Assembly (NCBI GenBank): GCA_001730085.1
Contig: MDLB01000104.1
Location: forward strand, 3,117 to 67,116
Direction: 5' to 3'
DNA: 64,000 nucleotides
Origin: PVC group bacterium (ex Bugula neritina AB1)
Lineage (GTDB): Bacteria; GCA-001730085
Position numbers and translations under genes: made by a program
The notes under the pieces: model-generated
What the model saw: the letters and a program-made list of their open reading frames with translations, nothing else
Database searches by the model: none
Told to the model about the DNA's origin: nothing
Shown: piece after piece, positions 43,490-54,310 of the stretch
Numbering within the stretch: the first letter of the stretch is position 1
Layout: each line of letters begins with the position of its first letter

Positions 43490-44473
43490 TTAAGGAACTT
43501 CTACTTCATCAAAAATATGCTGAATGAGCACATCAGAGCTAACTTCCTCTGCTTCGGCCTCGAAAGAAGGAAAAACTCGATGACGTAAAACGTCTAAGCC
43601 TACCCTCTTAACATCTTCTGGAATAACATAGCCTCTTCCACTGATAAAAGCATTCGCCTTAGCCGCTTTAGTAAGACTAAGCGTTGCTCTAGGAGAAGCG
43701 CCTCCCGCAAAAAGATTTTTTAAATGTTTTAACCCATATTTTTCAGGATAACGGCTTGTGAAAACTATTTCAACAATATAGTTTTTTATTTTTTCATCGA
43801 TATAAATACTATCCACGATTTTTCGAAGCAAACATATTTTTTCTCGGTCCAAAACAGCACTTGCAACAGGAACATCTTGAGAAGACATCCTATTTAAAAT
43901 TTCTTTTTCTTCCTCTTTGGAAGGATAAGAAACAAGTGTTTTAAACATAAACCTATCGATCTGAGCTTCGGGCAAAGGATAGGTTCCTTCCTGTTCAATA
44001 GAATTTTGTGTAGCTATAACAAAAAAAACATCATCCATGGGAAAAGTTTCTCCTCCTATAGTTACTTGCTTTTCTTGCATCGCTTCTAACAAAGCACTTT
44101 GAACTTTAGCTGGAGAGCGATTGATCTCATCAGCCAAAAGAACACTATGAAAAACAGGCCCTTTTTTAAGAGAAAAGTCACCATCCTTAGGATTATATAT
44201 CATCGTACCTACAATATCAGCTGGTAAAAGATCAGGAGTAAACTGAACCCTTTGAAAGTCGAGCCCCATCGTATCTGACAAGGTGTTCACTGCCAAAGTT
44301 TTGGCAAGACCGGGAACTCCCTCTACCAAAACATGTCCACCTGTTAACATCCCAAGAACTAAAGTTTCAATGAAGGAACGTTGACCAACAATAACCTTTC
44401 CCATTTCTTCAAAAAGATTTTGTATAAGAAGAACTTGTTCTTTAACCTGTTCATTGACTTCACGAATATCCAT
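43490..44473 (-). CDS. moxR: MoxR-family AAA+ ATPase, first gene of the moxR-DUF58-batABCDE operon
   Basis: 327 aa. Walker A region HVLVEGVPGLAKTLAV. Walker B LLADEINR. MoxR-like length. Confidence 0.9.
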   Translation of the reverse strand: MDIREVNEQVKEQVLLIQNLFEEMGKVIVGQRSFIETLVLGMLTGGHVLVEGVPGLAKTLAVNTLSDTMGLDFQRVQFTPDLLPADIVGTMIYNPKDGDFSLKKGPVFHSVLLADEINRSPAKVQSALLEAMQEKQVTIGGETFPMDDVFFVIATQNSIEQEGTYPLPEAQIDRFMFKTLVSYPSKEEEKEILNRMSSQDVPVASAVLDREKICLLRKIVDSIYIDEKIKNYIVEIVFTSRYPEKYGLKHLKNLFAGGASPRATLSLTKAAKANAFISGRGYVIPEDVKRVGLDVLRHRVFPSFEAEAEEVSSDVLIQHIFDEVEVP

Positions 44474-44551
44474 CGTCCTAAAACCTCCGCAATGACAAAA
44501 TAAAAATCATCCGAATACAATAAAAAAATTGCAAAACAAACTAAAAATCTA

Positions 44552-44566
44552 TTCCTTATTAAGGAA
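44552..44566. promoter_or_regulatory. Perfect 15-bp palindrome TTCCTTA-T-TAAGGAA, ~80-95 bp upstream of the moxR start. Candidate operator for the bat operon.
   Basis: Read directly. It lies inside the 217-bp spacer between the beta-propeller gene and moxR. Confidence 0.35.
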
Positions 44567-44690
44567 ATAATCATAAAGATTTTCGAAAAATATCAGATAT
44601 AATTGACTTCAAAAAACTTCACTAAGAATACGATTATAACAAAAATTCAACTAGCTTTTCAAGAGCAATCTCAAACAAGGCCCCAAGTTG

Positions 44691-46184
44691 TCAGTGCATC
44701 CTATTTTGCAGTTCTTCTATCGGAAAAATGAACACTTTATGTTGCATCCTATCTCCCATTAAAACAAATCTTTTAGATCCTGAAACAAAAATATTTATAA
44801 ACGTTAATCGGGATGAAGGCATAATCTCACTAACACCCAAATACTTCCAATTTTTATCAAAAAAATGTATCCCATTTGATTGAGATGAAATCAATAAACA
44901 TGCACCTGATAGAGGATCAAAAGCACAATCCAATGGAGAAAATTTTTGTCCACTGCTACCTCTACAGTCCACAGATTTAAGATGTTTTCCGTCTAAATCA
45001 AATATATCCATACCGGACTCTAGTTTATCTAAGATATAAAGCCTTTTTTGAAAAATTTTAAGTCGAACAGGTTCGGAAAAAAAATGTGTCGAAGGTTTAT
45101 TTTTCCAAAGCAACTTAGGATCCTTTCCCTCCAAAGATGTCTTCCATATCGTTTTGTCTGATAAATCTAAGGCATAAAGAGAACCTTCCTCATCAATAGC
45201 TATATCTACTAAATTTCCAAAAGTTCCTTCATTCCCTCTACGTTTCCATACTCCCTGGTCAGCAAAGTCTTGGATAACTTTTCCATCTAAAGAGAACTTT
45301 TGAACCCTCCCTTGCAAAGACTCTAGGACATAAAAACAGTCATTTTTCTTAGAAAAAACAATCCTAGAAGGATCCTTAAAAAAAACAAGATTATCTCCTC
45401 CTCCTCTAATCTCAGTAAGATACTTAGCCTTCGAATCATATTTAAAAATATATCCGCCCATCTTATGAATAATATAAATATTCCCTTGGGGGTCACATTT
45501 AGCATCTATCGCAGAAATGATCGGGATTCCTTTTTCAAAGGTTTCTAAATCAAAAACAACCTCGGGTTGTTTCTTTTTCATCTTCAAAAAAGTATGAGAG
45601 ATTTTGGGGTTTTGTGAAATAGGAGAAAAGTTTTTTTTCAAAAACGAGATAGAGTCTATATAGAGAGTTCCTTCACTATCTGATTTATCAGGTTCAAGAA
45701 AGAGAAGAAGGTTTTTAATATCTGAGATATCCTCTTCTATTTTAGAAAAATCGAACTCTACTTTATTCCATTGATCAGGTATCAATGTTGTTTTTTTAGA
45801 AACAGTGATTTGAGAACCTCCGCGAACCTCTAGTTTCAACAAAATCATCGCTGAACCATAAATATACATCCGCAACCCTTTGTGGTCTCTAAAGTCTTTT
45901 TTGGGATTTATAGAGTCAATATACGCACCAAGAAGTTGGAGAGGTTCCGTTTTTTTATAGTCCAAACGCATCGCGAACTGACCATCAAAAACTTGCTCCT
46001 TTGTGGCTCTATAGGTATAAGGCCCTTCTTCATCCATATGCCACCAACCTAAAGTTGTTAAAGGGCTCCAAAGGTTTGCATCCTCAAAGTCTTCAAGAGT
46101 AGAGATCTGTGAAGTACCAGCAAATAAAGGAACAAAAAAAAGTAAAATAAAACCAAACGCGCAAATAAACTTTTCTTTTTTCAA
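44691..46184 (-). CDS. Secreted hypothetical protein, probably an NHL/beta-propeller-like fold
   Basis: 497 aa with a signal peptide (MKKEKFICAFGFILLFFVPLFAG). The C-terminal half has repeated blades of the type GNIYI..D.....I.KFD..GK. Confidence 0.4.
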   Translation of the reverse strand: MKKEKFICAFGFILLFFVPLFAGTSQISTLEDFEDANLWSPLTTLGWWHMDEEGPYTYRATKEQVFDGQFAMRLDYKKTEPLQLLGAYIDSINPKKDFRDHKGLRMYIYGSAMILLKLEVRGGSQITVSKKTTLIPDQWNKVEFDFSKIEEDISDIKNLLLFLEPDKSDSEGTLYIDSISFLKKNFSPISQNPKISHTFLKMKKKQPEVVFDLETFEKGIPIISAIDAKCDPQGNIYIIHKMGGYIFKYDSKAKYLTEIRGGGDNLVFFKDPSRIVFSKKNDCFYVLESLQGRVQKFSLDGKVIQDFADQGVWKRRGNEGTFGNLVDIAIDEEGSLYALDLSDKTIWKTSLEGKDPKLLWKNKPSTHFFSEPVRLKIFQKRLYILDKLESGMDIFDLDGKHLKSVDCRGSSGQKFSPLDCAFDPLSGACLLISSQSNGIHFFDKNWKYLGVSEIMPSSRLTFINIFVSGSKRFVLMGDRMQHKVFIFPIEELQNRMH

Positions 46185-46208
46185 AAGATTTGTCCAAACA
46201 CTAAAAGT

Positions 46209-46562
46209 TTATCCCCATAACTTCTCCCACTCCTCTGGCTTAAAACCTGTAATCCCTTTTGTCCCATCGATAGCAAATGGTCTTTTGATCAAATTACCAC
46301 ATGACATCAAAAGCTCTAAAATAGCGTCCTCTGTCATATTGGGTATTTTACTCTTAAGATCCATTTTTCTATAGTCAACGCCGGAAACATTTAAAAGTTT
46401 TTTAATATTACCCACAGCCATCAACATAAGCCTGAGTTCTTCCAAAGAAGGAGGAGTTTCTCGTATTGGTCTCTCTTCAAAAAAGACACCTTTCTCTTTC
46501 AAATAAGCATAAGCTTTTTGACAAGTCGAGCACTTTTTATAGCCATATACAATCAAAGACAT
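46209..46562 (-). CDS. ArsC/Spx/YffB-family thioredoxin-fold protein
   Basis: 117 aa. MSLIVYGYKKCSTCQKAYAYLKEKGV..., with an N-terminal CxxC at the ArsC/Spx position. Confidence 0.65.
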   Translation of the reverse strand: MSLIVYGYKKCSTCQKAYAYLKEKGVFFEERPIRETPPSLEELRLMLMAVGNIKKLLNVSGVDYRKMDLKSKIPNMTEDAILELLMSCGNLIKRPFAIDGTKGITGFKPEEWEKLWG

Positions 46563-46563
46563 A

Positions 46564-47121
46564 TCAATTTTTCCACTTTATTGAACATCCCATCGAAGCG
46601 GAAAAATCACCATTCCAAGTTTTTCCTTCGACCATATCCTCAATCGCATTTTCTAAAGTCTTATCTTTAACTTTATCAGCTTCTTTCCAATTATCATCCA
46701 TTCTTCCATGGTAAAAAAGATCCTGATTATTATCATAAAGATAAAAATCAGGTGTACACTGTGCTTTAAAAGCACTTGCGATTTTCTGAGTATCATCAAC
46801 CAAGTAAGGGAAAGGTATTTTTTCTTTAAGGACTTTGTTTTTCATCGCTTCGACTGAGTCTTCAGGATAATCTGGATGAATATTCGGATTAATCGCAACA
46901 AAATTCACCCCTTTAGATAAAGCCCAAGAAGACAAAGCAATCAACCTTGGCCAAACAGCGATAGCATACGGACAGTGATTACACGTAAAAACAACACAAA
47001 GACCTTTTTTATCATAGAAATCTTCACTTTCATAAAGCTTATCATTAGAGTCTCTTAAAGAAAAAGAAGGCATTTTCATCCCAAGTGGAATCTCTACCGA
47101 TTCAACCAAAGCCATATTCAT
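46564..47121 (-). CDS. Thioredoxin-fold (redoxin/TlpA-like) protein with a CxxC motif
   Basis: 185 aa with VVFTCNHCPYAIAVWPRL. Ends 2 bp before the ArsC-like gene, a likely redox pair. Confidence 0.55.
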   Translation of the reverse strand: MNMALVESVEIPLGMKMPSFSLRDSNDKLYESEDFYDKKGLCVVFTCNHCPYAIAVWPRLIALSSWALSKGVNFVAINPNIHPDYPEDSVEAMKNKVLKEKIPFPYLVDDTQKIASAFKAQCTPDFYLYDNNQDLFYHGRMDDNWKEADKVKDKTLENAIEDMVEGKTWNGDFSASMGCSIKWKN

Positions 47122-47277
47122 ATCTCCTTTGTATAAAAAACAGAAACCGTCGAATCACATATGCGTATCAATAGAAAAGGGAATTTTTAGGAATTTTTTA
47201 TATTTTACAAAAGCCCCATTTTTCAAAAAGAAAATCTTTCGCAAAACGAAGAGAAGTAACAGCTTTCAAAAAGTAAA

Positions 47278-48507
47278 TCAACCACCAAAATCATCAAAAG
47301 CTATATTCTCTTTACCAACTCCAATAGAGTCCAGCATGTCTTGAACACAACTCAACATCATTGGTGGTCCGCAAAGATAATACTCAATATCCTCTGGTTC
47401 ATCATGTTTATTCAAATATTCATCCAAAACAACCTGATGGATAAAACCTTTGAATCCAGTCCAGTTATCTTCTGGGAGAGGATCTGACAAAGCCAAGTGA
47501 AAAGAAAAGTTAGGAAAAGCTTCTTCAATCGCCTGAAACTCATCTTGATAAAAAACCTCACGTAAAGAACGAGCTCCATACCAATAACTCACTTTTCTAC
47601 CTGTTTTAAGTGTGTGAAAAAGGTGAAAAAGATGACTTCTCATAGGAGCCATACCAGCTCCCCCTCCAATATAAACCATTTCTTTATCTGTGTCTTTGAT
47701 AAAAAAGTCACCATAAGGTCCACTAACAACGACCTTGTCTCCAGGCTTCAAATTAAAAATATAAGAAGAAGCTATCCCTGGTAAAAGACCTTGTGTTCTA
47801 GGAGGTGGTGTCGCTATCCGAACATTTAACTTAACACGATTACCTTCCGCGGGATGATTAGCCATAGAGTAAGCTCTAAAACAAGGCTCATCATTTTTAC
47901 CTCGCAACGACCACAAGTCAAATTTATCCCAGTCTTCGCGGTACTCCTCAGCAACATCAAAATCTTTAAAAGATAACTCATACTCCGGAACATCAATTTG
48001 AATGTAGCCACCTGCTTCAAAGTTCAATGCCTCTCCTTCTGGCAAATCCAAGTTCAATTCTTTAATAAAGGTAGCAACATTATCATTTCCACTAACAGTA
48101 CATTCGTATTTTTTGATATTAAAAATTTCATTAGGTATCTCAATCTTCATATCACTTTTGACTTTAACCTGACAAGAAAGGCGAACATTGTCTTTTTGCT
48201 CTCCACGGGAAAGGTGTCCTGTTTCGGTAGGTAGAACATCTCCTCCACCCTCGACAACACGACATTTACACATCGCACAAGTTCCACCTCCTCCACAAGC
48301 CGAAGGAAGAAATATTTTTTTAGCAGACAAGGCAGAAAGAAGTGTCTGTCCTGCAGAAATCAAAAGAGGCGAAGATTCATCTGCATTGACAATAACCTGA
48401 CATTCGCCAGAATTAACAATCTTCTTCTCTATAAAAACTAGAACAGTGACTAAAAGAAGAATAATTCCTGTAAAAACACCCATACTTACTAAAGAAAAAA
48501 GTAACAT
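47278..48507 (-). CDS. nqrF: Na+-translocating NADH:quinone oxidoreductase subunit F
   Basis: 409 aa. N-terminal TM helix. 2Fe-2S ferredoxin motif ([16 protein letters not shown]). FAD/NAD-binding C-terminal domain ([21 protein letters not shown]). Confidence 0.9.
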   Translation of the reverse strand: MLLFSLVSMGVFTGIILLLVTVLVFIEKKIVNSGECQVIVNADESSPLLISAGQTLLSALSAKKIFLPSACGGGGTCAMCKCRVVEGGGDVLPTETGHLSRGEQKDNVRLSCQVKVKSDMKIEIPNEIFNIKKYECTVSGNDNVATFIKELNLDLPEGEALNFEAGGYIQIDVPEYELSFKDFDVAEEYREDWDKFDLWSLRGKNDEPCFRAYSMANHPAEGNRVKLNVRIATPPPRTQGLLPGIASSYIFNLKPGDKVVVSGPYGDFFIKDTDKEMVYIGGGAGMAPMRSHLFHLFHTLKTGRKVSYWYGARSLREVFYQDEFQAIEEAFPNFSFHLALSDPLPEDNWTGFKGFIHQVVLDEYLNKHDEPEDIEYYLCGPPMMLSCVQDMLDSIGVGKENIAFDDFGG

Positions 48508-48555
48508 AAATTCTTGAATCCTTATGAAATCTTGATTAGAAAGCTAAATTTTGAA

Positions 48556-49164
48556 TCACAAACTGATTCCAGCGAAACACATAAAGCCTATCGCCATCAA
48601 TCCCGTTAAAATCATAGTGATACCCAAACCTTTCAAAGAGTCTGGAACATTTGAATACCAAAGTTTCTTACGAATAGCTGACATAGCAACAATGGCTAAA
48701 GCCCAGCCAAGTCCAGCTCCAAATCCAAAAACCAAGGCTTCTAAAAAGGTATACTCTCTCTCAATCATAAAAAGTGACCCACCCAATATGGAGCAGTTGA
48801 CGGCTATCAATGGCAAGAAAATACCTAAGGCCGCATAAAGAGAAGGAGAGAAACGATCCATAACCATCTCGACAATTTGAACCATGGCAGCAATAACAGC
48901 TATACACGTGATCAACTGAAGGTAGGTAAGATCTATATCGGGCAGTCCCAACCAAAACAAAGCTCCCTTTTTAAGAACGAAATTATATATAACCCAGTTC
49001 AAAGGACATGTTATAGTTAAAACAAAAACAACTGCAAACCCTAAACCTGTGGCTGTTTTAACCTCTTTAGAGCAAGCTAAAAAAGAACACATCCCTAAAA
49101 AGTAAGCCAAAAGAATATTTTCAACAAAAACACTTTTAACAATTAAGCTCAAAAAATGCTCCAT
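48556..49164 (-). CDS. nqrE: Na+-NQR subunit E
   Basis: 202 aa polytopic membrane protein. [30 protein letters not shown] is NqrE/RnfA-like, and its place in the nqr series supports the call. Confidence 0.85.
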   Translation of the reverse strand: MEHFLSLIVKSVFVENILLAYFLGMCSFLACSKEVKTATGLGFAVVFVLTITCPLNWVIYNFVLKKGALFWLGLPDIDLTYLQLITCIAVIAAMVQIVEMVMDRFSPSLYAALGIFLPLIAVNCSILGGSLFMIEREYTFLEALVFGFGAGLGWALAIVAMSAIRKKLWYSNVPDSLKGLGITMILTGLMAIGFMCFAGISL

Positions 49165-49166
49165 GA

Positions 49167-49799
49167 CTAACGGTCCTCCTTCTGAGCAGAAAAATATCTT
49201 TGGATCCAGATAATAATCCCTAAAATGATAAAGGCTCCCGGAGCCAAAACCATCAATCCAGAATTAACATATCCCAAATCATACAAAAACTGAGGAACAA
49301 CACTGTGGCCAAGTAAGGTCCCATTGCCTAAGATTTCACGAGCAATAGCCACAAGAATCAAAACCCCACTATATCCAAGACCATTAGCCAAACCATCCCA
49401 AAAAGATTTGAGAGGTGAAGATTGCATCGCAAAAGCTTCAGCTCTTCCCATCACAATACAGTTAGTTATAATAAGACCAACAAAAACACTCAGCTGTTTA
49501 CTCATTTCAAAAAGATAAGCCTTCAAAACCTGATCAGCCAAAATCACCAAAGAAGCAATAACTGAAAGCTCGACAATGATACGTATTTTCGAAGGAATCA
49601 GATTTCTCAACAAAGAAATAATAATATTAGAAAATATCAAAACAGTGGTAAGTGCCACACTCATCACCAAAGCGGTTTGAACTTGAACAGTAACTGCCAA
49701 CGCTGAACATATTCCTAAAACCTGAAAAGTAATAGGGTTACTATCCCAAAGTGCATCTTTGATGATTTTTTTATCTTTTTTATCCAATAAAAAGCTCAC
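49167..49799 (-). CDS. nqrD: Na+-NQR subunit D
   Basis: 210 aa polytopic membrane protein of the NqrD/RnfE family ([23 protein letters not shown]). Confidence 0.85.
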   Translation of the reverse strand: MSFLLDKKDKKIIKDALWDSNPITFQVLGICSALAVTVQVQTALVMSVALTTVLIFSNIIISLLRNLIPSKIRIIVELSVIASLVILADQVLKAYLFEMSKQLSVFVGLIITNCIVMGRAEAFAMQSSPLKSFWDGLANGLGYSGVLILVAIAREILGNGTLLGHSVVPQFLYDLGYVNSGLMVLAPGAFIILGIIIWIQRYFSAQKEDR

Positions 49800-49816
49800 A
49801 AAATAAACTCCTCAAT

Positions 49817-50536
49817 TTAATTCCGAATAATCTTGAAAAAAACTTCGTATTTCTTAATAGCTTTAGCTAACAGAGATGTTACCCCTGCACATGTGATTGT
49901 AGCTCCAGAAATACCATCAACGTAATGAGAAGCTTCTTTCCCCGAATAAAGATTTTTCACCTTTCCCTTCACCACAGCAATAGGCTGGATAGAGGACTTC
50001 TCATCGGACCATATCAGCTTTCCCTTAAAGTTATCTTGAAACCAAGATTTTTCAATCTCAGCACCTAGACCCGGGGTCTCACCATGTTTATAAAAAGATA
50101 TCCCTCTAACTGTTTTACCATCAGATTCAACAGAAAAATATCCATAAAGCGTCGACCAAAGTCCTTTCCCAGAAACTGGGTAACAATAAGCTTTTATTTT
50201 CTCGCCTTCTTTATAAATATAGAGCGGCATCCAATCTGTTTTTTCTTCAAAATTAACATCTTTAGCAAGAACATCTGAGATGATCTTACCATTTGTATCA
50301 ATAACTTTTTCTTCAATTTTTTCTGCATAGACAGTTTTGACTTCCACAGAAGTAGCCTTCGGCGACAAAGGATTTTCAAGCCTAACAGCTTTCAAAACAT
50401 TCTTTTTAATATCAACTTCAATATTCAAGGTTTGCCGATCTTTTAAGAGTGCGGCAACAGATGATAATAAAAAACCACAAATCAAACAAACAGCTGTAGC
50501 AAATAAAAACGTATATTTATCAGAATTTTTAAGCAC
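49817..50536 (-). CDS. nqrC: Na+-NQR subunit C (FMN-binding)
   Basis: 239 aa with an N-terminal TM anchor. C-terminal FMN attachment motif ISGATITCAGV. Confidence 0.85.
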   Translation of the reverse strand: MLKNSDKYTFLFATAVCLICGFLLSSVAALLKDRQTLNIEVDIKKNVLKAVRLENPLSPKATSVEVKTVYAEKIEEKVIDTNGKIISDVLAKDVNFEEKTDWMPLYIYKEGEKIKAYCYPVSGKGLWSTLYGYFSVESDGKTVRGISFYKHGETPGLGAEIEKSWFQDNFKGKLIWSDEKSSIQPIAVVKGKVKNLYSGKEASHYVDGISGATITCAGVTSLLAKAIKKYEVFFKIIRN

Positions 50537-51692
50537 GTTTTAGCCTCCTGGAAATATTGGCCTTAACAACATAGTGATCTATAAGAGGAGCAAAAACATT
50601 CATAAAAAGAATGGCTAACATAACACCTTCGGGGTAAGCAGGGTTAACGGCTCTAATTAAAACAATAAGCACTCCTGTTAAAAACCCATAAATCCAACGA
50701 CCCAAAGGAGTTGCCGATGCCGAAACGGGATCGGTAGCCATAAAAATAGACCCAAAAGCAAACCCTCCCATCACACAGTGCATATGAGGAGGAATCATCA
50801 ACATAGGTGAAGATGACTTACAACAGAGCAAAATAAAGCTCATAAAAACAACACCTAAAAAACAACTCAGCATAATACGAAAACTTCCAACACCAAACAT
50901 AATGAGTAAAAAAGCCCCCATTAAACATGCCAGTGTGGAGGTCTCACCAATAGATCCAGGAATTAAACCCAAAAACATATCAATCCAAGAATATCCCGCT
51001 TGAGATAAAGCTTCTAGAGGTGTCTGACCAGCAGAAGCATTTGCAATCACAGACAAAGGTGTTGCTTTACTTATCCCATCAACAGCCAACCAAGCACTAT
51101 CTCCCGACATATTACCTGGATAGGAGAAAAAGAGAAAAACACGCGCTGTCAAAGCAGGGTTAAGAATATTCATCCCCGTCCCACCAAAAACTTCTTTTCC
51201 GATAAGAACACCAAAAAGAATACCAACAGCAACCTGCCATAAAGGAATATTCGGTGGCAAAGTTAAGGGGTACAACATCCCTGTAACCAGAAAACCTTCA
51301 TTAATTTCATGCTTTCGAACAAGAGCAAAAACAGTTTCTACCAATCCACCTACCGCATAAGAAACAAAAATAATAGGTAGAATCTGCAAGGCCCCTGTTA
51401 AGAAAGAAGGCAAAATATCTGGAGACTGCCCTGAATACTTTAACATCTGAAAACCCGTATTATACATAGCAACCAAAATACAAGGAGTTAAAGCCATAAC
51501 AACGATAGACATCGTTCTTTTAAGGTCAACAGAGTCTCTAACAAAAGGAGCTTTTCTTGCTTTCCTAGCTGGACTAAGCAAAAAGGTATCTGCAGCTTCA
51601 AAAAGCGGATACAAAAATTCAAATTTTGAACCTTTCTTGAAAAGTTTACCTATTTTATCGAGTTTTTTTTCTAAAAATTTCATATAAATCAA
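50529..51692 (-). CDS. nqrB: Na+-NQR subunit B
   Basis: 387 aa polytopic membrane protein. Overlaps nqrA by 4 nt and nqrC by 8 nt. Confidence 0.85.
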   Translation of the reverse strand: MIYMKFLEKKLDKIGKLFKKGSKFEFLYPLFEAADTFLLSPARKARKAPFVRDSVDLKRTMSIVVMALTPCILVAMYNTGFQMLKYSGQSPDILPSFLTGALQILPIIFVSYAVGGLVETVFALVRKHEINEGFLVTGMLYPLTLPPNIPLWQVAVGILFGVLIGKEVFGGTGMNILNPALTARVFLFFSYPGNMSGDSAWLAVDGISKATPLSVIANASAGQTPLEALSQAGYSWIDMFLGLIPGSIGETSTLACLMGAFLLIMFGVGSFRIMLSCFLGVVFMSFILLCCKSSSPMLMIPPHMHCVMGGFAFGSIFMATDPVSASATPLGRWIYGFLTGVLIVLIRAVNPAYPEGVMLAILFMNVFAPLIDHYVVKANISRRLKRA

Positions 51693-53044
51693 CCCTCTTT
51701 TTCAATAGAATCAAGACCATGAGCAATAATCCCCATAACATCCGTTTTAGAGGGACAAGCAAATGAGGCCAAAGCAAAGTCTTCCGGATCACATTCTAGC
51801 AACCCTAACGATTCTGCCTCATCCCATTGCTCGGCTAAAATAGCCTTGATTAGAAAATACGTATAAATATCCAAGGAAATATACTGATCATAAACATCAT
51901 TCATGACAATCGCACGATCACTTCCATTAATAGAAGAATCTAAAGAGACGTCATTTCTAGGAAGAAAACCACCTAAGTAAGCCTTAGAAAAAGTATACTC
52001 ACCCAAGCCTAATCTGAAAAATCTAAGTAATTTTCTTTGAGGTTTATCTGGCAAAAGATGAACTTGTGAATGATAGTATCGAACAAATCCATTCTCTTCA
52101 ATATTAGAACCATTCAAGACACTTCCAGATATATACAATAAATCTTCTTTTTGAAGAGAAGTCTCTCCATCTTTTACAATGTCAGAAATGGAAACACCTA
52201 TATGCGTTCCAATATATCTTCTTTTCTCTTCAACAACACCTTCTCCTGTCAAAGCTATTACCTTGTTTGAATAAAAACGACCTTCTTTTGCAAAAAAACC
52301 TAGGCGCAAAACATCTTGAGCATCGATATAGGCTATAACCTCTTTTTTTCTCAAAGGGTCAATTTGACTAACAAAAGTACTAATATTTCCAGCAGGATGA
52401 GGTCCGGCAAAAGTATGATGCTCAACCCCTTCTGATTTACGCAAAACTTTGGATTCAGTATCAGCAGCATAACAGAGATGAACCTTACCATCTGTAAGCT
52501 TATTCAGAACATCCAATCCAGCTTGAAAAAGATCTCTTTTTCCCTCAACAACAATACCAAGGTCAAGGGCTAGGGGCTCAGTATTTAAAGCCTTAACAAA
52601 AATAGACTTGGGCTCAACCTGAGGATCTAAAATCTTAGAAAATGGTCTCTGACGTATAAATGCCCAAAGACCTGATTTTTGTAGAGCATCAACCCAGTCT
52701 TTACGAGAGCTTTCAGCAGAAAGAATCTCACTACGAACCTCTTCAGCATCAGGATTAACATCAATAACGACATTAATCAAAACCCTTTTCTCACCTCTAT
52801 TGATCGCCTTTATAGATCCACCCAGGGGAGCAACAATAACAGTCGCAGTTCCATTTTTATCCTCAAAAAGAGGATCTCCCTTTTTAATTGTCTGACCTAC
52901 TTTAACAAGAAGACGAGGCTTAATACCCTTAAAATCTTCCGGGTGAATAGCAAGAGATGCAGGATATCCTCGATCATCTATGGTGGCAGAAGGTGATCCC
53001 TTTACCTTTATATTTTTACCTTTTTTGATCACAAAATAAGACAT
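51689..53044 (-). CDS. nqrA: Na+-NQR subunit A
   Basis: 451 aa soluble subunit (MSYFVIKKGKNIKVKGSPSATID...). First gene of a contiguous nqrABCDEF set. Confidence 0.85.
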   Translation of the reverse strand: MSYFVIKKGKNIKVKGSPSATIDDRGYPASLAIHPEDFKGIKPRLLVKVGQTIKKGDPLFEDKNGTATVIVAPLGGSIKAINRGEKRVLINVVIDVNPDAEEVRSEILSAESSRKDWVDALQKSGLWAFIRQRPFSKILDPQVEPKSIFVKALNTEPLALDLGIVVEGKRDLFQAGLDVLNKLTDGKVHLCYAADTESKVLRKSEGVEHHTFAGPHPAGNISTFVSQIDPLRKKEVIAYIDAQDVLRLGFFAKEGRFYSNKVIALTGEGVVEEKRRYIGTHIGVSISDIVKDGETSLQKEDLLYISGSVLNGSNIEENGFVRYYHSQVHLLPDKPQRKLLRFFRLGLGEYTFSKAYLGGFLPRNDVSLDSSINGSDRAIVMNDVYDQYISLDIYTYFLIKAILAEQWDEAESLGLLECDPEDFALASFACPSKTDVMGIIAHGLDSIEKEG

Positions 53045-53648
53045 AAAATGTGTACACCCTAATACGTTTTTAAGAATTCAACAATAGCTTCACATTAACC
53101 TTTAAATAATAAAACCCACGTCCTTGAATTAAGTTCAAAGATGCGAGGGCTTCATTGCTTAAAAGTCAAACATAAAACTATGACATCAGCGAAAGAATTT
53201 TTTCGCTATAAAAGTCTAAACATAATGATACTTTACAATTAAAAAAAAGTCATTCTCTAATCTAAATCAAAGAAATCAAGCACAAAGCTTGAACTTTTAG
53301 AAATGATATTTCAAATTAATTATTGAAAGATATCGTGGATAAGTTATTCTAACACAAAAACTTTAAATCTCAACTACGCTTTTTTAAAAAAGTAAAAAAT
53401 GATTAAACTTTTCACGAATTCTTACTATGAAAAACTAAATCATTTACTAACTAAAAAATTCTTTTTAAGATCAAAAACTCTTTTATAACTAAAGTTATTA
53501 TTTTAAAATAACTTAAAAAAGCCTCTTAAATGTTTCCTTGAGCTCCTTTCAAAATATCGAATAAGATTTCTTAATCATTATGTCTATAAAAGAATCTGCC
53601 CTTTTTAAATATAAAGAATCCCTCGATAAGAATATGAGTTTTTCTTCA

Positions 53649-53657
53649 CCCCCCCCC
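53649..53657. repeat. C9 homopolymer tract in an AT-rich non-coding spacer
   Basis: Read directly (tttcttcaCCCCCCCCCtaaagcc). The only long G/C homopolymer in non-coding DNA of this window. Confidence 0.6.
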
Positions 53658-53979
53658 TAAAGCCTATTCCTCGAAAAAACATACACTATATTTGAACATT
53701 TAAATATCTATATGATTTTTTTACAAAGCACAAAGAAACATGTGATTTTTTCTCAAAAAAATTCTATTTGGAAGTTTTCAAAGTACTGAATAATTTTTTA
53801 TTCGTTCTTTTAAAAAAATTATCATTTTAAGGGTTACAAAAGGGGCGACAAAAAAATGAACAGTTATACAAATCACTTTAATTAAAGAATAAATACTATT
53901 TAAAAAAAAATTACTAATAATTTAAAATGTAATTTTAAAAATTAATATTGAAAAATAAAGAAGCAAAGAAATATATAAT

Positions 53980-54037
53980 GAGAGCTAACCCAGTAAATTG
54001 GGGGTTTACTGGGTGTACTTGCGTACATTCAGCTCTC
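53980..54037. ncRNA. Candidate small structured RNA or structured DNA site. It is a 58-nt element with three perfect stems, GC-richer than its surroundings.
   Basis: Closing stem GAGAGCT...AGCTCTC (53980-86 / 54031-37). Hairpin 1 is CCCAGTAAA-ttggggg-TTTACTGGG (53989-54013). Hairpin 2 is TGTAC-ttgc-GTACA (54014-54027). All three were read directly from the sequence. Confidence 0.3.
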
Positions 54038-54310
54038 ATGTGTGCTTTGAGGGTTCTTTTAAAAAAACTGTTTTAAAAATCTTATTATAATTCAAACCCG
54101 TCTAAAGTAGTAAACATATAATAACCTTCTTTTTTAAACTTGTCAAGCATTATTTTATTATTTTAAAATGATTTAAAAAACGAAATTACATTTCATTTTT
54201 AAATTTAAAAAGATCTTCTTTGTAAAGAAAAAAAATATCAAATAAAGACAAATTCTCTTTACTTTAAAATCTTCATTATTACCAACTAAAAAAAATAAAG
54301 AATTCGTAAA

